From NCBI GenBank assembly GCA_010405405.1, contig MU004231.1, positions 2,123,860 to 2,187,859 on the forward strand: a DNA stretch of 64,000 bases, written 5' to 3'. The position numbers were made by a program, and so were the translations under genes. Shown one piece after another: positions 42,815 through 54,720 of the stretch; positions within the stretch are counted from its first letter, which is position 1; each line of letters opens with the position of its first letter. The notes beneath the pieces were generated by a model. That model had not been told where the DNA came from. It saw only the letters and a program-made list of their open reading frames with translations, and did not search any database. This DNA comes from Microthyrium microscopicum (taxonomy: Eukaryota).

Positions 42815-42940
42815 AGAAGCTACTAACTTAATATTATAAAGAAGCTAGAGAAGCTAAAGAGACTAAAGAAGCTAAAGAAGCTAAAGAGACTAAAGAAGCT
42901 AGAGAAGCTAAAAAAGCTAGAGAAGCTAAAGAAGCTAACT
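42815..42940 (+). repeat. 9-bp tandem array (GAAGCTAAA/GAAGCTAGA/GAGACTAAA)n
   Basis: gaagctagagaagctaaagagactaaagaagctaaagaagctaaa... read directly. Confidence 0.85.
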
Positions 42941-43269
42941 TTATTATAAAGAGAGTAAAAAAACTAGAAAGATAAAGATGCTAGCAAGTTTAATAGCATT
43001 ATAAAGATAAGAATACTACTAAATACGTTACTAAAGACGCTACTAGTAATGCTAATAATATAAAGAAATAAGTATTATATAAAGTAAAGTAGCTAAACTT
43101 AATAGCATAATAAAAGCTAAAGACGCTATTAATATAAAGAAATAAATATTATATAAAGTAAAGCTAGAGATACTATTAGAAAAGCTAATAGCCTAAAGAT
43201 ACTAATACTTTAATTAAAGAGAGAGAGAGAGATTAAAGATAGCTTAATAGAATAAGCTAAGAATATATA

Positions 43270-44040
43270 CTAAGCCTAAGCCTAACCTAACTACCTTACC
43301 TATTTTTAGAAATAATACTAACTTATTTTTATAGCAAGGTCTAATTATAAACTTTTTAGTATAGTTAAACTAATTTTTAGAAATTTTACTAACTCTTTTC
43401 TATAGTAAAGTCTAACTATAAACTTTTTAGTATAGTTAAATTAATTTTTAGAGAATTCTACTAACTTATTTTTATAATAAGGTTTAACTATAAACTTTTT
43501 AATATAGTTAAACTAATTTTTAGAGAATTCTACTATAAGAATATTAAGAACTAATGCTATAATACTATATATTAAGATATTAAAGAAAATAAAAGTAAAG
43601 AGTATTAGTAACCTAAGCTTAACTTAGCTACCTAATCTCTTTTTAGAAAGGTTACTAATTTTTAGAAATATCTACTATAGAAGATATTAAGAATTAATAC
43701 TATAATACTAAGATATTAAGAGTAAAGAAAATAAAAAAATAGCGTAATAAAGTAAAAAAGTATTAAGAACTTAAGTCTACCTAACTACTTAACTTATTTT
43801 TAGAAATAATACTAATTTTTAGATAATTCTACTAACTTATTTCTATAATAAGTTCTAACTATATTAAGGAGTAATACTAGGATACTAATATATTAAATTA
43901 AAAAAGATAAAAGATAATATAATAGAAGTAAAAAGTATTAAAGACCTAAGCTTACCTAACTACTTAACTTATTTTTAGAAATAATACTAATTTTTAAATA
44001 ATTCTACTAACTCTTTTTTATAGTAAGTTCTAATTATATT
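43270..44040 (+). repeat. Nested degenerate tandem repeats (~70-bp and ~170-bp units)
   Basis: Recurrent 'actaatttttaga.aattctactaac' and 'tatttttagaaataatactaa' segments. Confidence 0.75.
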
Positions 44041-47000
44041 AAAATAAAAGAAATAGTAGTAATAATAGAGAAAAGAAGAGAAAAAGAAGAAGAAAAAAAA
44101 AAGTAAACTAATAGTCTAAGTTACTAATATTAATAATCTTAGCGTTAGCTTTTTTATAGTTTTAAATCTTTAGAGTAACTTAACTACCCTTAAGGCAAGA
44201 GATTAGCTCTTTAAAATAATACTTATCTAAGTACTAAAAATATATAGAGCTAGTTCTAACTATAAAATAACGATATATCTAAATAATTATATTTAATTAA
44301 TCTTTATAACTTATTACTTTAGCTAGTATAGTATTATATAATATTTTATATTATACTATAAGGTTAATAAAATAATCTATAATATTATATATTATATTAG
44401 TATAAATTAAACTAAGATTATATTATTACGTTTTCTTATAAGCTACTTATCTCTAGCTAAGCTTAAAGGACTTTTTTAAGTCTACGTATTTTACTATAAA
44501 GTAGAAAACCTAAAAGAAGTTATAGATAGAATATGCTTTTTTTATAGCCTTAGTAATATTAGCTACTATTTTTAAGAGTTTATTAGCTAACTTATTCTTA
44601 GAATTAGAGGCTTAAGCCTCTACTTACGTTTATTATTATATTAGTTTATAGTTACTATAGTATAACGTAGTATAAATTAATAAGCTAAAATAAGTTTAAA
44701 AATCTAATAGTTAAAATTAGAGAAAGAATATAAGAGGAGAATATAAGGTTAGTTATAATAATAGTAAAGTATATAGAATAATAAAAAATAAATATATCTT
44801 TATAAGAGTATAAGTATTAAACTTATACTAACTAATTTATTAAAGAAAAGCTATATAAGCTATTATTTTTTAAGAGTAAGTAAGCCTAAAAATTGCTATT
44901 AAATACTCTTCTTCTATTAACTTCTCTAAAAAAACTTATAAGTAATATAAGAATATATACTATTATAAAGCTTAATCTAAATTTAAATTAGTAATATTCT
45001 TCTCTTTAGCTAAGAAGAGCATCTTCTAAACTTAAGTGCTATTATTACTTAACTTAGTAGAGTTAAGCTTAGTAGATTAAGCTAAAGGTTCTTAATTCTT
45101 AGCCTTTATAAGTACTACTACTAACTAAAATTTAAAGAGTAGAGTAGTATAGTCTTTTATCTATTTCTTTATAAGCTTTTTATATTTATTATTCTACTCC
45201 TTCTTCTACTTATAGTAACGCTTTATAGTACTTTAGATAATAAACTCTTTTCTATTAAAAAAGTCTATAATTTAACTTTTATAATCTTATAAATATAAAT
45301 TAGTATATGTTTATATAATAGTTTATAGTATATATATTAAGCCTAATCTATAATAATCTATTAAATTAGACTTAAAGCAAAGTAAAAATAATTAATTAAT
45401 TAGCTAGTATAGTTTATATATAAAAGTAACTTTTTTTAAAGCTAAGATCTCCTTAGGAGAGAATCTAAAGAGCTTCTTAAGCTTTTTAGCCTCCTTATTA
45501 GTAGCTAGATAAGGGTTAGTAGCAAGTAAAGAGGCATAAAAGTTATCTCTAGGTATAATAAAGTAAATTTTTTAAAAAAAAAATTAAAAAAAAAACGTAA
45601 AAAAAGGAAGCATAAAAATATTTAAAAAAATAAAGCATAAAAATATTTAAAAATAGGCAAGTAGTAGTAGTAAACATAATAATAAAGTAACTTCTTATAC
45701 TTAAAGAAGAAGAGAAAAAAAGAATTACTAAGTCTTAATTTTAATTAAGTAGAAGATAATACATAAGGCATATTCTAAGTTTAAGCGCTTTTACTATATA
45801 TTTCTAATATATAGTAAGAATAATAATATATTAGTAGAGAAGAGTATATAGCGCCTTCTTTATTCTAGTATTCTTAGTCTTTTCTTATTTATACTAACTA
45901 ACTTTTAGGAAAAAGTAAGTAATACTTTACTATAAAAATAAGTACGCTTCTTAATACTACTAATATAATAAGATCTATTATAGCATATATTACTCTATAT
46001 ATTCTAGTAATTTAAGAAAGTATTAAGAAGTATAAAAGTATAGATTTATCTTTATTAAAAAAGGTACTTCTAAGTAACTTTAATATATAAGCGTTATAGA
46101 TAGAAGTATTTAACTTTTATATAAAGAATTAAAAGTAGTATAAAGTTATATAAGAAAGTATATCTTAGCGTATAGAGTTAATAAACGCTAAAGACTTTAT
46201 AGAATTAGTAAAATTATCTAGAAATTAACTTAGAGAACTAAAAAGGAAAGAATAAATTATTATAAAGTAGAAGAGTAAAAATAATAAGAAGAATAAACTA
46301 GTAAAGAAGAAGACTAATAAGAAAGAATAGAACCTACTAAAAGGTAAAAATACTAGTAGTAAAAATAAATTAAGAAGAAATAAAGAAAGAAGGAAAGAAA
46401 TAACGTTAAAAGAAAATAAGAATAATATTTAAAAGTTATAGAGTACTATAAAGTAGGTTAAGGTAGCTTTTAAGAAAGACTTAATAAAACTTAATACTAT
46501 AAAATTTAGAACAATATAAGTTTATAATAGTTACTTAGCTAAGAAACTATTATATATAAAAAAATTTTACTAGTTAATAAGAGAATAAATTCTATAAGTA
46601 GTTAAGTTAGGAAGCCTCTATTAAGCCTTAAGGCTAAAGGAAATATTCTTACTAATAAGACTTTACCTAACCTAAGATCTACCCCTATAGATATACTTAT
46701 AGTAGCCTTAGATATAGATAGTATATCTATTATATAAAAGGATAATTATTTTATAGACTTAATTATATATAAGCTTCTTTATAATATTAAGTAAATTCTA
46801 ACCTCTCTATATAGTAAAACTATACTAAGCTTATATATATTTTTAGTATAAGGCATCTTATAAATATTTAGTACTATTTAATACTTTCTTTATCTTAAGT
46901 CTAGTATCTATTATAAAAGATAATATATAAAGTCTCTATAGCGCCTTATTAAAAATATATTACTTTACTTTTATTAACCTATCTCTAATATATATATATT

Positions 47001-47621
47001 AATTAGGAGAAAGCCTAATCTAGCCTTTATATAAATTTAAGGTATTAAAAACTTAAAGTTCTTTTATATATATTACCTTTATACCTATAAAAGTAGAAAC
47101 GAAGCTAATCTATATTAAATCCTTTATTATATCTATATAATTTACTAAAAGCTTACTTAGTATAAAGCCCTACTAAAATTATATAAACTTCCTATTTTAA
47201 AGCCTCTATATAACATTTACGTTTTAAAGCCTCTTATAATTAGTAGGAGGCTAAAATGCATAATCTACTAACTATATTAGGCTCTAAGGGGCCTTCGCCC
47301 CTATGAAGCACGGAACGCGTATAACCAGCCTACCCCCTAGTCCCCTACTGCAGTGTTAGTCGTCCAGTAGTCTCGAGAGCAGAGCTGTGGAGATCCATAG
47401 AGCTCCCCACCTTTGCTACTGTCATCTTGTGATAGAAGTCGTACGGAACATGTACTTTTAGAATGATAACTAATCGCAGCTTCCTTTTACCCGTTTGAGG
47501 TACTTTGTCAATCACATCAATGATCTTCACAAACTCTCTTGTCCCATTACATACTACATACTACACAGGTATCAGAAACTAGTACTCCAGCTTTCACGCA
47601 TCGAAGCCATATATCGACATC

Positions 47622-49401
47622 ATGGCCCCAAATCTACCATTCAAGGTACATTATTATATGATATAGCTCCATTGCCTCCCAGAAGACAACTAACCTCAAC
47701 AGCTAAACAACCCCGAGTTATTTCGAGACAAGTCCTACGTCGATGGCCAATGGGTCGAATCGACCAGCGGCCAACGATTTGATATCGTTGGTACGAATTC
47801 CATAGAACACCAACCCTCTGACCATCCATCTAACAATATCCCCAGATCCAGGCAACGGCAAAGTCTTCGCCTCCTGCCCAACTAACACAGCAGACGATGT
47901 CGATAAGACAGTCAACGCCGCCCACGCCGCCTTCCTCAAATACCGCACCCTCAACCCCCGCAAACGCGCCCAACTCCTCTACAAATGGGACGCCCTCATC
48001 CGCGAAAACGTCTCCGACATCTGCCAAATCCTCACCCACGAGACCGGTAAACCCCTCGCCGAATCCCGCGGCGAACTAGACTATTCCCTTGGATTCACCT
48101 GGTGGTTTGCCGGCGAAGCAGAGCGCATACGTGGAACGGTAGCAACACCAGCGATTGATGGGAGGCGAGTGTTTACGGTGAAGCAGCCGATTGGTGTGGC
48201 TGCTGCGCTGGTGCCATGGAATTTCCCTGTGGCTATGATATTGAGAAAGTGTGGAGCGGCGTTTGCGGCGGGGTGTAGTATCGTTATTAAACCGAGTCCG
48301 GAGACGCCGTTGACTGTGTTGGCGTTAGCAGCATTGGCGGAAAAGGCGGGGTTTGAGGGGGGAGTTATGAATGTGTTGACGACGGATTTGGAGAATACGC
48401 CGGGGTTGAGTGAGGCGTTGTGTAGACATGAGCATGTTAAGAAGGTTTCGTTTACGGGATCGGTAAGTGGATGGAGAAGCTTTGTTGCAAGATTACGGCA
48501 CTGACCGACATAGACACGGGTAGGAAAGCTGATAGCCAAGATATGTGCTGATGGACTCAAGAAGGTTACGCTTGAGCTCGGAGGTAACTGTCCAGTACTG
48601 GTCTTTGACGATGCAAATTTGGATCAAGCGGCCGATGCTATCTCTGCTCTGAAGTGGCGGCATGCTGGACAAGCATGTATCACAGTAAACCGGATCTTCG
48701 TACAGAAAGGAGTATATGAGAAGTTTATCAACATTATGCTAGAAAGAGCAAAGAAACTCAAAGTCGGCCATGGAGCGAAAGACGACACTACAATGGGTCC
48801 AGTAACTACACCTCGCAGTATCGACAAAGCTCTTAGCCTGGTTGAAGACGCAAAGAAGAACGGGAGTCGCATTCTTATCGGAGGGAACAAGTTGGAGATT
48901 GATGGAGGTTATTTCTTCGAGCCTACTGTCATTGCGGATGCTAAAGACGACTTGATGCTGGCCCAGGAAGAGCAGTTTGCTCCAATTGCCGCCTTCTTTG
49001 TGTTTGACACTGAAGAAGAGGCTGTCGAGAGAGCCAATAACACGAGTGTAAGATTATGCTTTGACACAGTGATCAATGTTTCTAACACAAACCAGATGGG
49101 ACTTGCAAGCTACTTCTTCACCAAGAATGTGGACCGGACCTGGAGGCTACTGGAGAACTTGGAGGCTGGTATGATGTAAGTGTAGCGTAGTAACTCTATC
49201 GTGGCCTAGTGGTTATGCTACAATACTTTGATTATACTAACAAGCGTTGACAGAGGCATGAATACAGGAAACCAATCGGCAGCAGAAAGCCCGTTTGGAG
49301 GTATTAAGCAGTCCGGATATGGAAAAGAGTCTGGAAAGGACGTGGCCATTGACGAATACCTCATCACCAAGACTGGAACAATGACGGTTGAAGGTCTATA
49401 A
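47622..49401 (+). CDS. UGA2: Succinate-semialdehyde dehydrogenase (NAD(P)+; UGA2/GabD-like ALDH); about 6 exons
   Basis: MAPNLPFK|LNNP..., ETGKPLAESRGE, KQPIGV...PWNFP, KPSPETP, SFTGS, LELGGNCP, AGQACI (catalytic Cys), EEQFAP, ESPFGGIKQSGYGKE; GT-AG introns restore the frame. Confidence 0.93.
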
Positions 49402-50222
49402 AATACCGGACGTACAATAATATAGAGGTCCCGATCTAATTTTCCCTCCCGATGTGCTTGATCTCACAGACGTTCTGGATAAGAATCGTTTTATGTATGC
49501 TACTGGCAGCTGTTTTCTTTCTGTTATACCTCTGACTTCAAATCGGACTCTGGAGGTGAGGCGAGCTGAGCAGCCTGTCGGTAGCTTGTACAATAAAGGA
49601 TAGATGAGGTTGACCGGCTAGCATTGAAGAGCTGTCAATCGTGGCTCAGGAGATTACCTAAGGCCCGCAAGTTTGTGATGTTGGATGGGTTTTGCAGAGA
49701 GTCAAGCACATATCAAGATGAACAGAAGCCCAGATAGGATTAAATTGGCAAGAAACATCCAGTTTTGCCGCATTGATGATTGTCAGAGAAGAATAATACA
49801 AGCACCGGATCAATACCACTAGCTGCGCGAGGTCCAACTGACAATAGGATGAATAAGAAAGCTCACCTACGAGCAGGAACTAGACCTCTATGAACGACTC
49901 GGTTCTCGCCAACTCCTTTGCACCGTCTTTTCTCCCACTGTTTAGCCTTTCTCAATCTTCAATCCTACACAGCACTTTCATCACTTACTAGCACATCAGT
50001 ACTTTCCGCAACTTCAGATCATCACCAAGGCCTTTCCCAATTGCAACACGCCAACTGACAACAAGCTTCAACCTAACACTTCAATCAGTCTTCAGCGTCA
50101 TAGCAGGAGCGTTCCTTAAGCTAGTCGTGTGCTTATCCTGCCTCTCGTCTACATATCTCTCACCTTTCCTCGACATCACGAACAGCATTCTCAGTACCAC
50201 TACCTACACCAACACCAACACA

Positions 50223-51071
50223 ATGGCACCATCCCGAACAAGCAAGCGCGCCGCGACCGAAGACGCTGAGGGCGCTCAGCCTGCCAAACGCATCCGAAAA
50301 CTAACTTGGAAGGCAAAGGAGGCAGCGGCGGTCAAAACCGCAGCTATCAAAAACAGACAGCGTGCAGTGCCCAAAAAGCTGAAGGTAGCAGCTCCAGCCA
50401 TTACTTCGGCTTCGTCCTCTCTTCTTACACCCATCGCTTCCTCTAATTCTTCTACTTCTTCTCCTCTGCCACCTTCGGCAACCCGCAAGGGTCAAGCTGA
50501 AGAGCCTCTCAACCTCCATCCAGCAAAACCGTCACTACCAAAACCGGCAGCTCAAGTGGGAGCTACTGGCAAGCCCCTTCGATGGGCAACAAAGTCCAAG
50601 GAACTCGCCAGCCTACGTAAGGCCAAGCGCCGTGTCAAGTGGCAGACAGCCAACCGGCGCTTGCAAACTGTATTCGAAACGGAATTCACGTTAGACGGCG
50701 TCAATGCCATAATCAGAGCAGCACGTAAGAAGCGAGAGGCATGTGAGGAGCAAAACGCTGTAGGGAGCAGTCAAAACGCTGCCACACCACCCTCACCATC
50801 GTCAACACCACCAGCGGAAGTAGTAGATACAGCACCCAAACGGTCGGTACGAATCGCCCAGAAAGGAAGTCAGGCCCCGCCCCAGCCTGACCCAGTCACA
50901 GCCCCGCCAAATCAACAACTTTCTCCACGACGTTCTGGCCGCAACCATCCTACACCGCAACATCCTCGACCACAACTAAAACCATCATCCAAAGCTGGAA
51001 AGAAGCCAGCAGGCGTGACCAAAGCTTCGTCAAGACGAAAACCAAAGGCTCGCACTACGAACATTCAATAA
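50223..51071 (+). CDS. Basic, low-complexity (Lys/Arg/Ala/Pro/Ser-rich) ORF; possibly the N-terminal tail of the downstream RCC1-like ORF
   Basis: 282-codon ORF MAPSRTSKRAA...QPAKRIRK with NLS-like clusters; same frame as the RCC1 ORF that starts 9 nt after its TAA. Confidence 0.55.
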   Translation: MAPSRTSKRAATEDAEGAQPAKRIRKLTWKAKEAAAVKTAAIKNRQRAVPKKLKVAAPAITSASSSLLTPIASSNSSTSSPLPPSATRKGQAEEPLNLHPAKPSLPKPAAQVGATGKPLRWATKSKELASLRKAKRRVKWQTANRRLQTVFETEFTLDGVNAIIRAARKKREACEEQNAVGSSQNAATPPSPSSTPPAEVVDTAPKRSVRIAQKGSQAPPQPDPVTAPPNQQLSPRRSGRNHPTPQHPRPQLKPSSKAGKKPAGVTKASSRRKPKARTTNIQ

Positions 51072-51080
51072 GACTTCAAC

Positions 51081-52388
51081 ATGAAGCCAAAGACTAAGCC
51101 ACCGCGTATTCTCAACAAACTTCCTACTGAAGTGTATAAACTTCTAGTTTGTGGTACTGGAGAGTCTGGAGAGCTTGGATTGGGACCCAATGAATCGAAA
51201 ATCATAACTCGGCCTCGAGAAATTCCCACCACTGGCATCATTCACCTTTCCTCCGGACCTGTCCATACCACTGTTGTGACTCAGAACGGTCAAATCATGA
51301 ACTGGGGTATCAATGACGACTCCGCTCTTGGCCGCAACACATCATTCTCACCATCCCTTTCCGAAAGCACTGAGTCTGATGCTACTGACTCACTTAACCC
51401 ACACGAATCTGTCCCAACTCTAATTCCTGATGCTTCATTCCCGCAGAACACCATATTCGTCCAGTCTACTTCAGGACAGAGCTGTACTTTCGCACTTACT
51501 ACCACCGGTCTTGTCTACGGATGGGGCACTTTCCACGATAATGCTGGTACACTCAGCTTCACCATCGATGCCGATGACAAAGTAGTGACCAAAGCTCAAC
51601 GACCAATCCTGATCCAACACCTCAAGAACATCGTTTCAATTTCAGCTGGCAACAATTTCTGCTTGGCTTTGGACGAGAAGGGAGCAGTCTTTGGCTGGGG
51701 AATTGGCCAGCAATCACAACTGGGCAAGCGCCTTATTGGCCGCCGTGTCGAACAGTCACTTATTCCGTCTCGAATTCCACTACCGCCAAGCAAGAAGATG
51801 AGATCAATTCATACCACTAGCAACACAGCTTTTGCGATTGATCGAGACGGTAGCATTTGGGCATGGGGCCTAAACAATACTTGCCAAACAGGTATTGCAC
51901 CCGGAACAGGAGAACACGAGGTTGTTGCGCCCACCAAAGTCTCAGCCCTGGCAAACCTGAATATAGTGTCGATAGCTGGCGGTGCAAATCATACTATTGG
52001 AATGACTCGAGCTGGTGAGGCCTATGTGTGGGGTGCTTTTGCTCATGGTCAAACTGGCCTGGAAGCGTCGTCATTACTTCAAGAAGACTCTCAGGCTATA
52101 GGACGCAACGAGGATGGCAAACCTACCTATCATACGCCCAAGAAACTCGATCTCGCCGGTGTCATCGGCGTGGCAGCGGGTTCCAATCATACTATGGCTT
52201 TTACTCAGGATGGTCGCCTCTACACGTGGGGCTTGAACGATTCTCGTCAATGTGGACTTGGCCCACTCGCTTCAAATCGGATCGATCGACCAACTCGTAT
52301 TGCGAACACTGCGGTCAGCTCTTTGGAAGTCGTTGCTGGTAGTGCTGGTGGTCATTTCAGCGTCTTCCTTGGGCGAAACATGTCATAA
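51081..52388 (+). CDS. RCC1/BLIP-II beta-propeller protein (Pim1/Prp20-like Ran GEF homologue, divergent)
   Basis: RCC1 repeats: CGTGESGELGLG, WGINDDSALGR, VYGWGTF, FGWGIGQQSQLG, WAWGLNNTCQTG, IAGGANHT, YTWGLNDSRQCGLG, SAGGHFS. Confidence 0.9.
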   Translation: MKPKTKPPRILNKLPTEVYKLLVCGTGESGELGLGPNESKIITRPREIPTTGIIHLSSGPVHTTVVTQNGQIMNWGINDDSALGRNTSFSPSLSESTESDATDSLNPHESVPTLIPDASFPQNTIFVQSTSGQSCTFALTTTGLVYGWGTFHDNAGTLSFTIDADDKVVTKAQRPILIQHLKNIVSISAGNNFCLALDEKGAVFGWGIGQQSQLGKRLIGRRVEQSLIPSRIPLPPSKKMRSIHTTSNTAFAIDRDGSIWAWGLNNTCQTGIAPGTGEHEVVAPTKVSALANLNIVSIAGGANHTIGMTRAGEAYVWGAFAHGQTGLEASSLLQEDSQAIGRNEDGKPTYHTPKKLDLAGVIGVAAGSNHTMAFTQDGRLYTWGLNDSRQCGLGPLASNRIDRPTRIANTAVSSLEVVAGSAGGHFSVFLGRNMS

Positions 52389-52922
52389 GCCTGGTGTGAA
52401 TGTCAAAATGGCTTCGAAATACCGGATGAGTTCGTCTTGGCTGCTGGTTTGCGGCTTGAATTCGCGGGTCATTGGTCAACTGGTCTGGACCCCTTTGGTC
52501 TTCCTTTTTTCCGTCTCATCGTCTCCTTGATGTACCTGTACTCTTGTGGGCGTTGGCTTGGATACGAACTTCGATGTTCCTTGTTATGTATGAGCTTTTA
52601 GTACTGAAAGTGTAGCATTAGCGTTCGTGCCAATACCCACAATGCATTTCGATTATTTTTCGTATCGGTGTCTTCTTTCCTCATCATTTTCATTATCGTA
52701 GCTTTTGAATTAAATCGAGCTCTCCGCCGGACTGAAGGTCGAAAAAGTATGAAGTGATGTTGCGCGTGTTCACGTGGAGACGCGATTTGGAACTTTTGAG
52801 GGACACGGTTTCTCATCTTCAACCACACATCTTCAAGATCAGGTTTTTCACTCTTGATGGCCATCCCGGCTTGATCCAATGCGTAGAGTTGTAAAATACT
52901 CTCTCGCAGTGCTTCTAACAAA

Positions 52923-53762
52923 ATGCTATTCTCCACCATCCCAGCCTCCATCCTCCTCATCCTCCTCACCACCCTAATCATCCTAACAACCCGCCTACTC
53001 CTCATCCTCCCACCATACCGCGGCCCACCTTTACCACGCAAACGGGGCTCTCCTACCCATCTGCTCGTCGTCCTAGGCTCTGGTGGACATACCGCCGAAA
53101 TGCTTACCATGCTCGGTGGCCTGGACACCAAAGCATACACGCACCGCACGTACATCGTCAGCGCCGGCGACCCCATCAGCGCCACCAAGGCCGCCGCTTT
53201 CGAAACTACACTTGTCCAAAGAGCCCTACAGAGCAATCCGAAGGCTAGTGCGGGAGAGCTACGCGCGCTGCAGGGTACATATACAATCGCGACAGTCCCA
53301 CGCGCACGTAAAGTCCATCAAAGCTTTCTCACAGCGCCATACACCTGTCTGCTCACTCTGCTCGCCACACTCCGTCTACTTCATGCGCCACCGCTCGTTG
53401 AACCAGGCAAACAGGGTAGTGCGCCAGGCGCGCCGGACTTGATTCTGACGAATGGGCCAGCGACTTCGGCGATTGTGGTGTATGCAAGTCTGTTGTTGCG
53501 CTTTCTTGGGGCCCGTGGGCATGTGGACACGCGGATCATATATGTGGAGAGTTTTGCGCGCATTGAGAGTCTGAGTTTGACGGCGCGGTGTTTGGGTTGG
53601 GCTGTGGATCGGCTGATTGTGCAATGGGGAGAACTGGCGGGCAAGATGGGTGGGAAGGCGGAGTATGGCGGGTTGCTTGTTATGGCTGCTTTGGAGAGAG
53701 GGAAAAGTGAGAAGAGCAGGAAGTTTGGGAATAATGAGAAGGACATGAGTAATACAAGCTGA
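52923..53762 (+). CDS. ALG14: UDP-GlcNAc transferase subunit Alg14
   Basis: N-terminal TM; VVLGSGGHTAEM, VPRARKVHQS, PDLILTNGPAT, IYVESFARI..LSLT, LIVQW. Confidence 0.95.
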   Translation: MLFSTIPASILLILLTTLIILTTRLLLILPPYRGPPLPRKRGSPTHLLVVLGSGGHTAEMLTMLGGLDTKAYTHRTYIVSAGDPISATKAAAFETTLVQRALQSNPKASAGELRALQGTYTIATVPRARKVHQSFLTAPYTCLLTLLATLRLLHAPPLVEPGKQGSAPGAPDLILTNGPATSAIVVYASLLLRFLGARGHVDTRIIYVESFARIESLSLTARCLGWAVDRLIVQWGELAGKMGGKAEYGGLLVMAALERGKSEKSRKFGNNEKDMSNTS

Positions 53763-54720
53763 ATGTGAGGCTATGTGTTGACTCAAACATTTTGCACGGC
53801 TCTATCAAGCATAACAAATGTACGGAGGGCGTACCATATATTTGAGCAGACAGGATGACGCTGGTAAGTTCACGATGGACTCAAGTGTAGAGTACTCCGT
53901 ATGGCTACTGACTGACTCAATGCTAGCGCTGTAGGCACTCCATTAGTCTCGAAGAGCCACCAGTCTCCATGAGCATGTTCAGCAACAGTAGTCCAATGAG
54001 TCCAATGACTCCTATGGTTTATATGGCGACTACAAAGTCCCGCCTCCGTATATTTCCGCTAGACGACAAATTTTGGCGATTTATCGAATCTCACAAGCAG
54101 CACTCGCAGCTGAATATGACCGGCGTCTGCTCCATCATGGAACATGGAAAGTGATATTCAGCTAAGCTATTTAACAGACATCATATTGCCTTTTGGCATC
54201 GTTATCATTTATTGATATTATAATAGGAGGCATTCGCGTTTTTCTCGAATCTCGAAAGCAATGTTCGATATTGGACCTACATGTAGCTTGAAGCTCCCAC
54301 GTGATGGTCTTGAGGAGAAGTGTCAGTACCAAGTTCCACGTCGGCGGAAGAGCTTTTGAGCTTACTCTACAATAGCTTCAACTCTACCTTGGACAGTTCG
54401 GTGTCCTACTCACTGGGACCTTGTTGAAAGGTAACCTATCACTTGGCTTTTCTGGTATTTGAGAGTATGCATTACATATTGTATCGACTTGCTGCCCCAC
54501 GGTGACCAACAAGCTGGTAAGATCTTCCCATAAAAACATGTTTTTAGGACGACATTCGATCAGACCAAAGCTTTCCATGGCTCCCACCACACTCGATGGT
54601 TCCCATAGCATGCTATGGCCGCAATGACGCATAAGTCATATCAGCGCGTTTTGGCTTTTACAACGTGTTTTTATACTTCAATACTGACGAATATCAAGAG
54701 AACCATCCTCCTAAGGTCAA

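Larger units (their letters stand above)
24067..47355. mobile_element. ~23.3 kb AT-rich RIP-degraded repeat block (relic of a large or nested transposable element) with imperfect inverted termini
   Basis: Abrupt compositional shift; strong depletion of CpA/TpG and excess of TpA (TAG/TAA/CTA everywhere); no ORF of 60 aa or more in the supplied track; internal repeat copies differ mainly by C/T and G/A transitions. Confidence 0.85.

Noticed and set aside
24067..47355. Centromere, or organellar/foreign AT-rich DNA
   Set aside because: The dinucleotide bias is specifically RIP-like and no mitochondrial genes are visible. Centromere identity cannot be judged from sequence alone (needs CenH3 ChIP or Hi-C).
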